This document shows positions 24,650-37,524 of a DNA stretch of 64,000 nucleotides, piece by piece. The position numbers and the translations under genes are program-made. The DNA comes from Chiloscyllium plagiosum (lineage: Eukaryota). Numbering within the stretch: the stretch's first letter is position 1; the number at the start of each line of letters is the position of its first letter. Where the stretch lies: positions 112,871 to 176,870 of the forward strand of contig NC_057760.1 in the NCBI RefSeq assembly GCF_004010195.1. Direction: 5' to 3'. Below the pieces are notes generated by a model, which made no database searches, was not told where the DNA came from, and saw only the letters and a list, made by a program, of their open reading frames with translations.

Positions 24650-25362
24650 AAAATAATTTCAAAAAAAAGCTTTTTAAAAATACCGATTTAAAAATAATTT
24701 AAAATAATGAAATCTCAAAATAATTAAAATTAATATCTTTTTAAAATCATAATGACAAAAACTTAAATAATTAAAAATTATTTGTATTAGCATTTTCTAG
24801 AAAATGTTTAATCATTTTTTAACTAAAAAAATTTTCAAAATAGGAATTAAAATATTAAAAATAATTTATAGACAAAATTTTTTTAGTTTTAAAAAAATGA
24901 TTAAACATTTTCTGGAGAATACTAATACAAATAATTTTTAATTAAAGTTTTTGTCATTATGACTTTTAAAAAATATTTTTAAAAAGGTTTTCAAAATAGG
25001 AATTAAAATATTAAAAATAATTTTTTAAAGTAATTTTTAAAAAATTTTTTTAAAATGTTTTACTTTTTAAAAATAATTATTTTTATTTTAAATTATTTAT
25101 TTTTTACCTTTTAAAATAAATAATTTAAAATAAAAATAATTATTTTTTTACCTTTTAAAAATAATTATTTTAAAAGGTAAAAAATAAATAATTTAAAATG
25201 TTAAAAATAGCAATTAAAAAATTATCAATAATTTTAAAAAGTGAAAGGGCTGAAAATACTTTCCTAAAAATAATTTGAATTGAATTGATTGTGAAAAATT
25301 TAAAACTAACATTATTTTTAAAGAGTAAATAAAATTAACAATAAAGTATTTTTTTAAAAATA
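24650..25362. repeat. Extremely AT-rich low-complexity tract with internal inverted repeats
   Basis: Arms at about 24741-24835 and 24874-24968 are imperfect reverse complements. Confidence 0.9.
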
Positions 25363-25374
25363 AGGTGAGGTTAC

Positions 25375-25700
25375 CTCAGAAAGCGCGGCTCTCGAAGCTG
25401 CCCGTCCCCGGGAATGGGTTCACAAAGACGGGGAGAGACGGGCTAATCGAGGCCGAGGCCTAACGGCAGGCTCTAGGCCGCGGTGTCGGAATGCGGGGGC
25501 GACTTGGGCCTTTCCCACGGGCTGCAGGCCCCGGATGCGCGGGGTGGCGCTTCCAAGCGGCGGCCTCTTCCCTCGGAGCCATGACCGACACCGCCCCCTC
25601 CCCCACTCCCCACCCAAGGCTCCTCACCTGGGCCGGAGGCGGTGAACAAACAGGAAGAAGAAACACACTCTCCCACCCACACACGGAGTGGTTTGTCTGC
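25375..25700 (-). promoter_or_regulatory. CpG island, probable promoter and non-coding first exon(s) of the CDC42SE gene
   Basis: The clearest non-repetitive CpG-dense GC-rich tract in the window, 2.8 kb upstream of the ATG exon; minus-strand donors GAG|gtaacc (25375) and CAG|gtgagg (25628). Confidence 0.7.
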
Positions 25701-25707
25701 TCTTTTA

Positions 25708-26468
25708 CACAAAGTAAAGCTGCCTCTACACTGTCCCCCCCCCATCAAACACTCCCAGGACAGGGACAGCCCGGGGTTAGATACAGAGTAAAGCTCCCTC
25801 TACACTGTCCCCCCATCAAACACTCCCAGGGACAGAGTTAGATACAGAGGAAAGCTCCCTCTACACTGTCCCCCCCCATCAAACACTCCCAGGGACAGGG
25901 ACAGCACGGGGTTAGATACAGAGTAAAGCTCCCTCTACACTGTCCCCCATCAAACACTCCCAGGACAGGGACAGCACGGGGTTAGACACAGAGTGAAGCT
26001 TGCTCAACACTGTCCCCCCATCAAACACTTGCAGGAACAGAGGGTTGGTTATTGAGTAAAGCTACTTCTACGCTGTCCCCCGTCATCAATCACTTCCAGG
26101 ACAGGAACAACACGGGGTTAGATACAGAGCAAAGCTTCCTCTACATTGCCCCTGCCATCAAATACACCCAGGACGGGGTGAGAAGCAGATTGAAACTCCC
26201 TCTACACAGTTCCCCACCAAACACCCCCATGATGGGGATTAGATACAGAGTAAAACTCTCTCTACACTGTCCCCACCATCAATCACTTCCAGGACGGGCA
26301 TTAGATACAGAGAAAGCTCTCTCTACACTGTCCCCCCCATCAAATACTGCCAGGACAGGGACAGCATGGGGCTAGATACAGAGTAAAGCTCCCACTACAC
26401 TGTCCCTCATTAAACACTCCCAGGACAGGGACAGCACGGAGTTAGATACGGAGTGAAACTCCCCCAAC
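25708..26468. repeat. Minisatellite of about 70 bp (tacactgtccccccatcaaacactcccaggacagggacagcacggggttagatacagagtaaagctccctc) x about 11
   Basis: Direct inspection; some units carry internal deletions. Confidence 0.93.
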
Positions 26469-27404
26469 ATTTTCTCCCCATCTAAAGCATGTGGAGATTC
26501 CTGGCCTGGCCAGTATTTATTGCCCATCCCTAGTTGCCTCGAGGCAGTGGTGGTGACTTGTGTCCTTGAACCGCTGCAGTCCACGTGCTGTGGGTTGAGC
26601 CACACAATGCCCTTAGAGAGAGAATGCCAAGTTTACCTGGCATTGGCAGATGTGCTTGTGCACTATCATGACACAGATTCACATCCCCTCATATCAGGAG
26701 GGAGTTGAATTTCAGAAGCCACATGTTGTGCCATCTTGATGTGTTTCATAGATGATGTTTACTCCTTTGACTATGTCTATTGCTTTGCCTCACCAAGGCT
26801 CCTCTAACAGCGCTTTCCAAGTCTGCCATCTCTAAACCTCCCCACCCCAAGAAGGATGAGGGCAGCAGATGCATGTGAACACCACCCTGGACAAGGCACA
26901 CACCACCCCAGCTTGGAAATCTATCTGCCATTCCTTCAGTGTTGCTGGGACAATTCCCAGAACTCCCTGTCTCACAGCACTGCTTGTACACCACACCCTG
27001 GACATAGGAACAGGAGTAGGCCATTCTGCCCCTCAAATCTGTTCTGCCATTCAATGAGATGCTGGCTGATCTGCGCCCTATCTCCATTTCCCTGCCTTTG
27101 GCCTGCATCCCCTTAATCTGTTTCACAAAGGTTTCTCAGATTTAAAATTAACAACGGATCCAGCGTCCACTGCAGCGGTTTAAGGCAGCACAACACCACT
27201 TTCTTAAGGGGCAATTAAGGATGGCCAATAATGCCAGTGCTGGCACTTTCCACAGACAAATATTGTATCTTTAGAAACCCAGATCATCAGCAGTTTATCA
27301 AGAGGTCTGCAGTGCATCCCATGGATGCTTTATTTTGTAGTAGTGTGGTCAAGCAGTCTTTCATAAGGGATGAGTCATAGGCTCTGTTTCAGTGCTGTGT
27401 GTCT

Positions 27405-29550
27405 GTTCAGTCCAACCAGTCCATGCCAACCATAATCCCAAACTAAACAGAGTCCTACCTGCCTACGCTTGGGCCATATCCCAACAAACATTTCTTATTC
27501 ACGTACCTACCCAAATGTTGAAACTGTAGCCAATCTGTCACTTCCCCTTAAAGTTCATTGCACACACAAACCACTCTATATGAAAAAAAAATTGTCCCTC
27601 ATGTCCTTTTTAAATCTTTCTCCTCTCACCTTGAAAGGATGCCCCCTACTTTTGAAATATTTTAGTCTGGTGGAAAGATACCTGCCATTCACCTTATCTG
27701 AACCCCTCATGATTTTATAAACTCCTAGAAGGTCACCCTCTAGTGAAAGAAGTCCCGACCCATCCAGCCTCCCCTTATAACTTGAGCCCTTTGTTCCTGG
27801 CAAGATCCTGATAAATCTCTTCCGAACCCTCTCCAGCTCAATGATATCCTTCCTCTAACAGAACTGTACACAGTACTCCAGAAGAGGCCTCACCAACGTC
27901 CTGTATAGCCTCGACGTGACACCCAAACTCCTACATTCGAAAGGTCTGAGTAATGAAGAAAAGCATGTGAAATTTGCCACAAGAGTTCAAATCACACCGC
28001 CATGTACAGAATCTACACATCGATCAAGGCACTGAACACAAGAGCGGGGAGGTTACGATACAGACCGGAGTTGGTTTTGGTCTCTGTACTTTAAGAACGA
28101 TGCGCAGATAGCACGAGAGAACGCGTGCAGAGGAGATTCACCAGGAGATCGTCCCTGGATCTCTCCAGACCAGGCTAAGAGAGACTCAAGAGGCAGGGAT
28201 TGTTTTCCTTGAAGCAGAGGAAGCGGAGGTGGCGTTGTGTGTACACAGTTCTGAGGGACTGAGATAGAGAGAAACGTTTCTCCTTAGGTAGAGGGGTCAA
28301 TAACGAGGGGAAGCACCCAGTTTTAAAGGGGAAAGGTGCAGGGGATTCGGAGAGGGAGTGAGAAAAAAAAAAATTCACCCACAGGGTATGGGTGAGGAAG
28401 ATGGTATCTGGAAGTTACTGCCTAATAGGGAGGTAGAGTGAGGTAGCTGGATGGGTATATGAATAGGAAGGGATATGGGCCAAGTGCTGGCAAATAGGAC
28501 TACATTAGGTTAGGATATCAGGTAGGCATGGATGAATTGGACCGAAGGATCTGTTACCGTGCAGTATATCTCTGTGACTCTATATAGTTACTCACTCTAT
28601 GCACCATCTTGAGACGTACAACACAGAAATCGATGCATTGTTCCAACTCGTCCATGCCGACCAGATATCCAATATTAATCCAGTCCCATCTGCCAGCACT
28701 TATCCCTTCCTATTCATGTACCCTTCCAAATGCCTTTTAAATGCTGTAATTGTACCAGCGTCCACCACCTCCTCTGGCTGCTTGTTCCATACACGCACCA
28801 CCCTCTGCATGAAAAAATTGCTCCTTAAAATACCTTTTATATCTGTCCCCTTTCTTAAATCTATGCCCTTTCATTTTGGACTCTTGTATCCTGGGAAAAA
28901 TATCTCGGCTATTCTCCATAAGGTCACCCCTCAGCCTCTGACGCTCCAGGGAAATCAGCCCCAGCCCATTCAGCTTCTCCCTGTAGCTCAAACCCTCCAA
29001 CCCTGGCAATATCCTTGTAGATCTTTTCTGAAATCTTTCAAGTTTCACAGTATCTTTCCTAAAGCAGGGAGACCAGAAGTGAATGCAATATCCCAAAAGT
29101 AGCCTGACCAATGTCCTGTACAGCCGCCACATGACCTCCAAACTCCTATACTCGGTGCACTGACCAATAAAGGAAAGCATACCAAACGCCGCCTTCACTA
29201 TCCTATCTACCTGCGGCTCCACTTTCAGGGAACTTTGAACCTGCACTCCAAGGTCTCTTTGTTCAGCAACACTCCCCAACACCTTACCATCAAGTGTATA
29301 GATCCTGCCCTGATTTGCCTTTCCAAAATGCAGCACCTCCCATTTATCTAAATTAACTTCCATCTGCCACTCCTCGGCCCACTGGATTAAGATCTTGTGG
29401 TACTCTGAAGTAACCTTCTTTGCTGTCCACTACACCTCCAATTTTGGTGTCATCTGTAAAATGTACTAACCATGTTCACATCCAAATCAGTTACATAAAT
29501 GACAAAGAGCAGGGGACCCAGCACTGATCCTTTTGGCACATCACTGGTTG
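27405..29550. mobile_element. CR1 LINE fragments (minus about 27405-27970, plus about 28020-28585, minus about 28610-29550)
   Basis: ORF 28737..29363 has KWEVLHFGK...ERDLGV-like...LYRTLVR, CR1 ORF2. Confidence 0.85.
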
Positions 29551-29587
29551 TTGACCAGCAGGCACACAATGGGCTGAAGGGTCTCTA

Positions 29588-30090
29588 AGTTTGTGAGAAG
29601 ATTTGTAGCTCGGGTGCTCGTTGCTGTGGTTCTGTTCGCCGAGCTGGAAGTTTTTGTTGCAAACGTTTCGTCCCCTGTCTAGGTGACATCCTCAGTGCTT
29701 GGGAGCCTCCTGTGAAGCGCTTCTGTGGTGTTTCCTCTGGCATTTATAGTGGCCTGTCCCTGCCGCTTCCGGTTGTCAGTTTCAGCTGTCCGCTGTAGTG
29801 GCCGGTATATTGGGTCCAGGTCGATGTGTTTGTTGATGGAGTTTGTGGATGAGTGCCATGCTTCTAGGAATTCCCTGGCTGTTCTTTGTTTGGCTTGCCC
29901 TATAATGGTAGTGTTGTCCCAGTCGAATTCATGTTGCTTGTCGTCTGCGTGTGTGGCTACTAGGGATAGCTGGTCGTGTCGTTTCGTGGCTAGTTGATGT
30001 TCGTGGATGCGGATCGTTAGCCGTCTTCCTGTTTGTCCTATATAGTGTTTTGTGCAGTCCTTGCATGGGATTTTGTACACTACATTAGTT
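29588..30090 (-). mobile_element. Penelope-like element 3' fragment (GIY-YIG endonuclease and terminal repeat)
   Basis: Uninterrupted ORF YKIPCKDCTKHYIGQTGRRLTIRIHEH...REFLEAWHS...SINKH. Confidence 0.92.
29659..29698 (-). ncRNA. Minimal type I hammerhead ribozyme motif in the Penelope terminal repeat
   Basis: GCA-CUGAGGA-U-GUCACC-UAGACA-GGGGAC-GAAAC-GUU-UGC: intact core, stem I GCA/UGC, stem II with one mismatch, palindromic AAACGUUU stem III. Confidence 0.7.
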
Positions 30091-30804
30091 GAAGGGTCTC
30101 TTTTCCACGCTGTGCTAACCCGCCAAGGTCACATGACCAAAACTGGCAAGCCACCTTCCCCTGGAAATTCCAAAGCTGTCGACACCCCTTCGAAAACACT
30201 CAAAACGATCTAAAGGCACTCTGGGGTGACTTCAAACCCAGGGACCCCCAGGCCATTACACTTCTCGCCGGGGGCGGTGACAGAGGTGGGCAAGGAAGGG
30301 ATGGAGACACCAGCGTAGAGGACATCAGCGAGGGGATTCTCCAACAGGCCTCTCAGTACTCAACACGCCAAGGGCAAGGGAGAAAGGAGAGAAACTAAAG
30401 CTGTCTGACTGGTTTTGTTCAATTGCAAACGCACGTTTGGAGACAGCAACTAAAGGCTGGCTTTACTGGAGCCCACGGGAGCGGTGCCAAAGCAGTCACA
30501 AGGAGCTGACTGCGCTCTGACAAGTTCGAACAATGTCACACAGGCTAGATTACTGCTCATTACTGCTGACACACTGGGAGAGGGCTGAGGAGTAAACCTT
30601 TCCGTCGCCCAGCCCTTGCTGGTTTGACTCCAAGAGATTGAAGGGATTACAATCAGTAGGTGGTTGTTTTCGGTTAAATATACACACTCAAGGGCTGTTC
30701 TCCTCCTGGTCGGCTGGGCCCAGCATTCATTGGCCCGTCCCTCGTTGCCCCCTTCAGAAGGTGGGGGAGATGTGCCTTCTTGAACCGCAGTTTCCAAAGA
30801 ATCC

Positions 30805-31218
30805 TCATAGTGTAGGAAGCAGGCCATTTGGCCCATTGAGTCCATACTGAAGAGCAGCCCACCCAGACCAACGACTCTATTCTGCATTTCCCATGGTCAA
30901 TCCACCCAAACCTGCACACCCCTGGACACTACGGGACAATTTCCTATGGTCAATCCACCCAAACCTGCACACCCCTGGACACTACGGGACAATTTCCCAC
31001 GGTCAATCCACCCTAACCTGCACATCCCTGGGCACTACAGGACAATTTAGCACGGCCAATCCACCATAACCCACTTTGGACTGTGGGAGGAGACCAGTGC
31101 ACCCGGAGGAAACCCACGCAGATATAGGGAAGAATGTGCAAACTCCACACGGACAGTCACCCAATGGGGGATTCGGACCTGGCGCTGTGAGGCAGCAGTG
31201 CTAACCACTAAGTCACCG
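30805..31218 (-). mobile_element. HE1/V-SINE with an internal tandem repeat of about 53 bp
   Basis: Reverse-complemented head at 31180-31218; repeated caatccaccc.aacctgcaca.ccctgg.cactacgggacaattt. Confidence 0.85.
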
Positions 31219-31399
31219 GTACTGTTGTAGTTCCTTTCAGGAATGAGTTCCAGGTTTTTGACTCAGTGACACTGAAGGAATAACAATATATTTCCAAGTC
31301 AGCTTGGCGTGGGGCTCAGAGGGGAACTTGCAAGGGGTGGTATTCCCACATATCAACTGCCTTTGTCTTTCTCGACGTTAGTGGTTGTGGATGTCAGAA

Positions 31400-32010
31400 G
31401 TAAGACAGGGTGGTGAAGAAGGCGTTTAGGTATGCTTGGCTTCATCGGTCCAAGCACTGAGTACAGGAGTTGAGACATCATGTTACAGTTATACAAGACA
31501 CGGTGAGGTCACATTTAGAGTACTACACTGCTATAGGAAGGACATTATTAAACTGGAAAGGGTGCAAACAAAAAATTACAAGGATGTTGCAGAGACTAGA
31601 AGGTTTGAGCTATCGGGAGAGGCCGGATAGACTGTGACATTTTTGCCCTAGAACATCAGAGGCTGACGGGTGACCTTACAGAGGTGTACAAAATCATGAA
31701 GGGCATGGATAAGGTAAATGGCCGAGGTTTCTTCCCAAAAAGTCCAAAACTACAGAGCAGAGGTTTAAAGGCGAGAGGGGAAGGATTTAAAAAGGGACTC
31801 CAGGGGTAACCTTTTCACACAGTATGGATCGAGGCGTCAGGGAAGTGGTGGAGGCGAGTACAATTACAACATACTTGGACAGGTACATGGAAAGGGAAGG
31901 TTTAGAGGGATATGGGCCAAACGCAGGCAAAAGGAACTAGTTCAGTATTGAAAACCTGGTCGGCATGGACAAGTTGGGCCGAAGGGCCTGTTTCTATGCC
32001 ATATGACTCA
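31400..32010 (+). mobile_element. Decayed CR1 LINE 3' fragment
   Basis: CYRKDIIKLERVQ motif and CR1 tail. Confidence 0.8.
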
Positions 32011-32499
32011 AGGAGGTATGGCTGCTACTGAGCGTCGATGGCAGGGGGACTGAGATTTGTGGATGTGGTGTCAATCAAGCAGACTGCTCTTAATTTGGCC
32101 AGTTCTCCATGTGCACCGAATCTTCCTTGTCTTTGGCCCCCTACTCCAGAATCATCACTCTGAACCCCTCCTCTCACTGCCTCCCACCTCCAAAAGCCTA
32201 CCACGTCGCAAACTACCACCCTCCCCTCACTCAACAGAGTGATGGGTCACTTAAGTGCTCAGAAGGTGAGAGGTTCATGCCTCGGTTCCAGCGACTCCTC
32301 TTGTCGCCCCGTCAGAGGGTCCCTGCCTAGGGGCCGATGGATCAGAGGCATAGCCTTGCAGTACGATGTCTCAAGTTGAAATCTCCTTCAGCGCAAAGGG
32401 CAAAGAAAGCTCCCATGACCACTCATTGGAAGAGCAGGGGATTCAGCCCAATTTACTCAAATCAGCATCAATAGAAATGTGGCAGCTCCCTAGTTAAAG

Positions 32500-32822
32500 T
32501 GTTACAGAATCCCTAAAGTGCAGATACAGGCCATTCGGCCCATCAATTCTACACCAGCCCTCTGAAGAGAATCTGATTACATCCCCACATTTAACCAAAT
32601 AGCCCGCACATCCCTGGGCACTACGGGCAATTTCCCATGGCCAGTCCACCCTAACCTGCACATCCCCAGACACAATCGGTAATCCAGCATGGCCAATCCA
32701 CCCTAACCTGCACATCCCTGGGCACTATGGGACATTTTAGCATGGCCAATCCACCCTAACCTACACATCTTTGGGCATTACAGGACAATTTAGCATGGCC
32801 AATCCACCCTAACCTGTACATC
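32500..32822 (-). mobile_element. HE1 SINE 3' part with internal tandem repeat of about 53 bp
   Basis: About four copies of catggccaatccaccctaacctgcacatcc. Confidence 0.8.
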
Positions 32823-33064
32823 CATGACACAGATTCGATCAACCGAAGGGCCTTATTTTGCAGATGTACTCCTCCATGACTCTGTAACAACTTGAAGCAA
32901 CATAGCACGCAATGGACAGAAAGTGGGAGTACAGTAGGTCCATAACCAGTACGGACATGATAAGCTGAAGGTTCTCTCTCCGTGCTTGAAACACTAACTC
33001 CACATCTTCTGTGGAAGACCCAAGGGGCATGTGATAGGTGTTACTTAAATGCATGTTGTTACAT

Positions 33065-36000
33065 TGATTTTATAAACCTCTGTAAGGTCAGCCCTCAGCC
33101 TCCGATGCGCCAGGGAATACAGCCCCAGCCTATGGCTCAAATCCTCTAACCCTGGCAACATCCTTGTAAATCTTTTCTGAACCCTTTCAAGTTTCACAAC
33201 CTCCTTCCGATAGGAAGGAGACCAGAATTGCACGCAATATTCCAACAGTGGCCTAACCAATGTCCTGTACAGCCGCAACATGACCTCCCAACTCCTGTAC
33301 TCAATACTCTGACCAATAAAGGAAAGCATACCAAAAGCCTGGTATAGTGTCATCTGCAAACTTACTAACTATACCCAATTTATACACAGCAAGTAGTAAA
33401 TATTACCTAGCAGAGAAAACCTCTTCCTCATCAAACCATTTATATAAATGATTTGGATGTGAATATAGGAGACACGGTTAGTAAGTTTGCAGATGACACC
33501 AAAATTGGACTTGTAGTGGACAGGGAAGAAGATTGTCTCAGAATACAACAGGATCTTGATCAGATGGGCTGATTAGCCAAGGAGTGGCAGATGGTGTTTA
33601 ATTTAGATATATGTGAGGTACTAACTTTTGGAAAGGCAAATCAGGGCAGGTTCTGGGGAGTGTTGTCGAACAAAGAGGCCTTGGAGTGCAGGTTGACAGT
33701 TCCATGAAAGTGGAGTCTCAGGTATACAGAATAGTGAAGAAGGAGTTTGATATGCTTTCCTTTATTGGTCAGTCCATCGAGTGTAGCAGTTGGAACATCA
33801 TGTTGCGGCTGTACAGGAACATTGGTTAAGCCACTTTTGGAATACTGCGTTCAATTTTGGTCTCCCTGCTACAGGAAAGATGTTGTTAACCTTGAAAGGG
33901 TTCAGAAAAGATTAGGATGTTGCTGGGGTGGGAGGGTTTGAGCTATAGCGAGAGACTGAATAGGCTGGGGACTGTTTTCCCTGGAGCATCGGAGGCTGAG
34001 GGGTGACCTTATAGAGGTTTATAAAATCATGAGGGGCGTGGATAGGGTAAATAGACAATGTCTTTTTTCACAGATTAGGGATTCCAAAACTTGAGGGCAT
34101 AGGTTTAAGGTGAGAGGGGAAAGACTTTTTTAAAAATGACCTGAGGGGCAAAGTTTTCATGCAGAGGGTGATGCATGTATGGAATTGTACTGAACTCTAC
34201 TTGGCAGTTATCCAAAGAAAGTAAAAGATACCAAAATTAGAGTCACACCGCATGAATACAGACCTTCGGTCCAACTCATCCGTGCCACCATAGAACATAG
34301 AACGTTACAGCGTAGTACAGTCCCTTCGGCCCTTGATGTTGCACTAAACAGTGAAATTAATCTGATGCCCATCTAACCTACAGCGTTTCATTATTATCCA
34401 TATGTATGTCCAATGCCCATTTAAATGCCCTTAACGTTGGTGAGTCTACTACTGTTGCAGGCAGGCCATTCCACGCCCCTACTACTCTCTGAATGAAGAA
34501 ACTACTCCTAATATCCATCCTAAATCTATCACTCTTCAATTTAAAGCTATGTTCCCTCATGTTAGCCTTCACTATCCAAGGAAAAAAAAAAGAGTCTCAC
34601 TGTCCACCCTATCTAATCCTCTGATTATCATATACGTCTCTATTAAGTCACCTCTCAACTTTCTTCTCGCCAATGAAAACAGCCTCAGTTCCCTCAGCCT
34701 TTCCTCATAAGACCTTCCCTCCATACCAGGCAACATCCTGGTAAATCTCCTCTGAACCCTTTCCAAAGCTTCCACGTCCTTCCTATAATGCAGTGACCAG
34801 AACTGTATGCAATTCTCCAAGTGCAGCCTTACCAGTGTCTTGTACTGCTGAAGCGTGACCTCGTGGCTCCGAAACTTAATCCCCTTACCAATAAATGCCA
34901 ACACACCATATACCTTCTTAACAACCCTATCAGTCTGGGTGGCAACTTTCAGGGGTTTATGCACTAGGACACCGAGATCTCTCTGTTCATCTACACTGCC
35001 AAGAATTTTACCATCAGCCCAATACTCTGCATTCCTGTTACTTCTTCTGAAGTGAACTACCTCACACTTTTCCGCATTAGGCTCTATTTGCCACGTCTCA
35101 GCCCAGCTCTGCATCTTATCTATCTCCCTCTGTAACCCACAACATCCTTTGGTACTATCCACAACCCTGCCTACCTTAGTGTCATCCGCAAAATCCTTCT
35201 ACGCCCACATCCAGGTCATTTATAAAAATGACAAACAGCAGTGGCCCCAAAACAGACCCTTGCGGCAGACCACGAGTAACTGAGCTCCAGGATGACCATT
35301 TCCCATCAACCACCACCCTCTGTCGTCTTTCAGCTAGCCAATTTCTGATCCAAACCGCTAAATCACCCTCAATCCCGAAACTCCATATTTTGTGCAACCG
35401 TGTGGAACCCTATCAAATGCCTTACTGACGCCATATACACCACATCAACTGCTTTACCTTCATCCACCTGTTTTGTCACCTTCTCAAAGAACTCAATAAA
35501 GTTAGTGAGGCACGACCTACCCTTCACAACTGTGTTAACCGTCCCTAATCAAATTATTCCTTTCCAGATGATTATAAATCCTATCTCTTATAACCTTTTC
35601 CAACACCTTACCCACAACTGAAGTAAGGCTCGCTGGCCTATAATTATCAGGGTTGCCTCAACTCCCCCTCTAAATCAAGGGAATAGTTATCCTAAATTCA
35701 AATGGAATGAGCTGCCAGAGGATGTGGTGGAGGCTGGTACAATTGCAACATTTCAGAGGCATTTGGACGGGTATATGAATAGGAAGGGTTTGGAGGGATA
35801 TGGGCCGGGTGCTGGCAGGTGGGACTAAATTGGGTTGGGATATCTGGTCGGCATGGACGGGTTGGACCGAAGGGTCTGTTTCCATGCTGTACATCTCTAT
35901 GACTCTATTACTTTTCAACATTTCACCCATATTCCTCTAAACCCTTCTTATTCATGACCCCATCCAGATGCCTCTTAAATATTGTAATTGTCCCAGCCTC

Positions 36001-36300
36001 CACCACTTCCTCTGGTGGCTCATTCGATGTGCACATCACCTCCTGCGTGAAAAAGTTACCCCTTAGGTACTTTTTAAAATCTTTCCCTTCTCACCTTAAA
36101 CCTATGCTCTCTAGTTTTGGACTCCCCTACTCTGGGGAAAAGGCCTAGTCTATTTATCCTACCCATGTCTCTCCTGATTTTACAAAAATGATTGATATCT
36201 AGATGATGCCTTTTAAAATGTTACCGTACCCACCTCCTTATCTTTTGCAATGATGTGTGATGTGCCTTGGACAGAAGGGTCTGTTTCCATGCTGTATGAC
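33065..36300. mobile_element. CR1 LINE cluster (minus 33065-33345, plus 33435-34190, minus 34290-35668, further 3' ends to about 36300)
   Basis: ORFs 33045, 34572 and 35182 carry RT motifs ([21 protein letters not shown]). Confidence 0.9.
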
Positions 36301-37524
36301 TCTAGAAGTTCACTTCCATACCAAAGCTATGAGCTAAGTGCTGGGAAATGGGGTCTCAGCACAGCGAGGAGGTCATTTCTGACTGACAAGAATTAGCTGC
36401 ACAGTAGACATCTGACTGTGACAAACATCTCAAAATCAAACCTCCCCTCAGCCTTCTCTACACCAAGAGTCTCAAAATTCCACCAGGATGTGGCAATTCT
36501 CCATCGACATACGGCCAGCCAAGAGGAAGATGGCGTATTTTTGGAACCTGTTCCAGGTTCCAGGCACAGCGTAAAAAAAAATAAGTTTGTAAGCAAAATA
36601 TCATAGAGACGTACAGCACGGAAACAGACCCTTCGGTCCAACCCGTCCATGCCGACCAGATATCCCAACCCAATCTAGTCCCACATCCCTCAAAACCCTT
36701 CCTATTCATATACCTATCCAAATGTTGCAATTGTACCAGCCTCCACCACTTCCTCTGGCAGGGTAAAAACAATGACTGCAGATGCTGGAAATTCCTGATG
36801 AAGGGCTTCTGCCCAAAACGTCGATTTTCCTGCTCCTCAGATGCTGCCTGAACTGCTGTGCTTTTCCAGCACCACTCTCATCTAGAATCACACTTCCTCT
36901 GGCAGCTCATTCCACACCCGTACCACCCTGTGTGTGCAGCGAGTTTACTCCCAGGAATCCAAGAGCTTGCTGTTCAAAATCAAACTTCAAAAACCTGGGT
37001 ACTCCTGACATTGACCAGGAAGCGGGTGAAGGGCAGGCTGAAGGCAGCTGGGGATTTGGCAGGGGAGGGGAGAGGTCGGGGGTTATACAGAAATTGCCCC
37101 AACACCTCATTTTCTTTTTAATTCATTCACAGGCATCGCTGAGTGGGCCAGCATTTATTGCCCATCCCTAACTTGCCCCAGAGGGCAGTTAAGAGTCAAC
37201 CGCATTACTGTGGGTCTGGAGTCACATGGAGGCCAGACCAGGTAAGGATGGCAGTTTCTTTCCCGAAAGAGCATCGGCGAACCAGCCAGGTTTTTCCCGA
37301 CAGTGGATTCACAGTCATCGCTGCCGATTCTTCACCGAATTCAAATTCCACCATCCGGGATTCGAACCCGGGTCCCTCTGGGTTAACAGTCTAGCGATAA
37401 TATCACCATGCCATCACCTCCCATCGCATTGAGGATTGAAGATGGAGGTGAGATTCACATCTCCCACTTTATCTGGTGTGGTTCCAATGATCATACAGTG
37501 GCTGAGGGTGCTGTCTGTCTCTCT

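Noticed and set aside
25708..26468. CRISPR-like regular repeats (also 46865-49120)
   Set aside because: Head-to-tail units with no unique spacers, no cas genes, vertebrate context.
34572..35397. Intact autonomous LINE
   Set aside because: All RT pieces are 5'-truncated, frameshifted or nested; no endonuclease or ORF1 seen.
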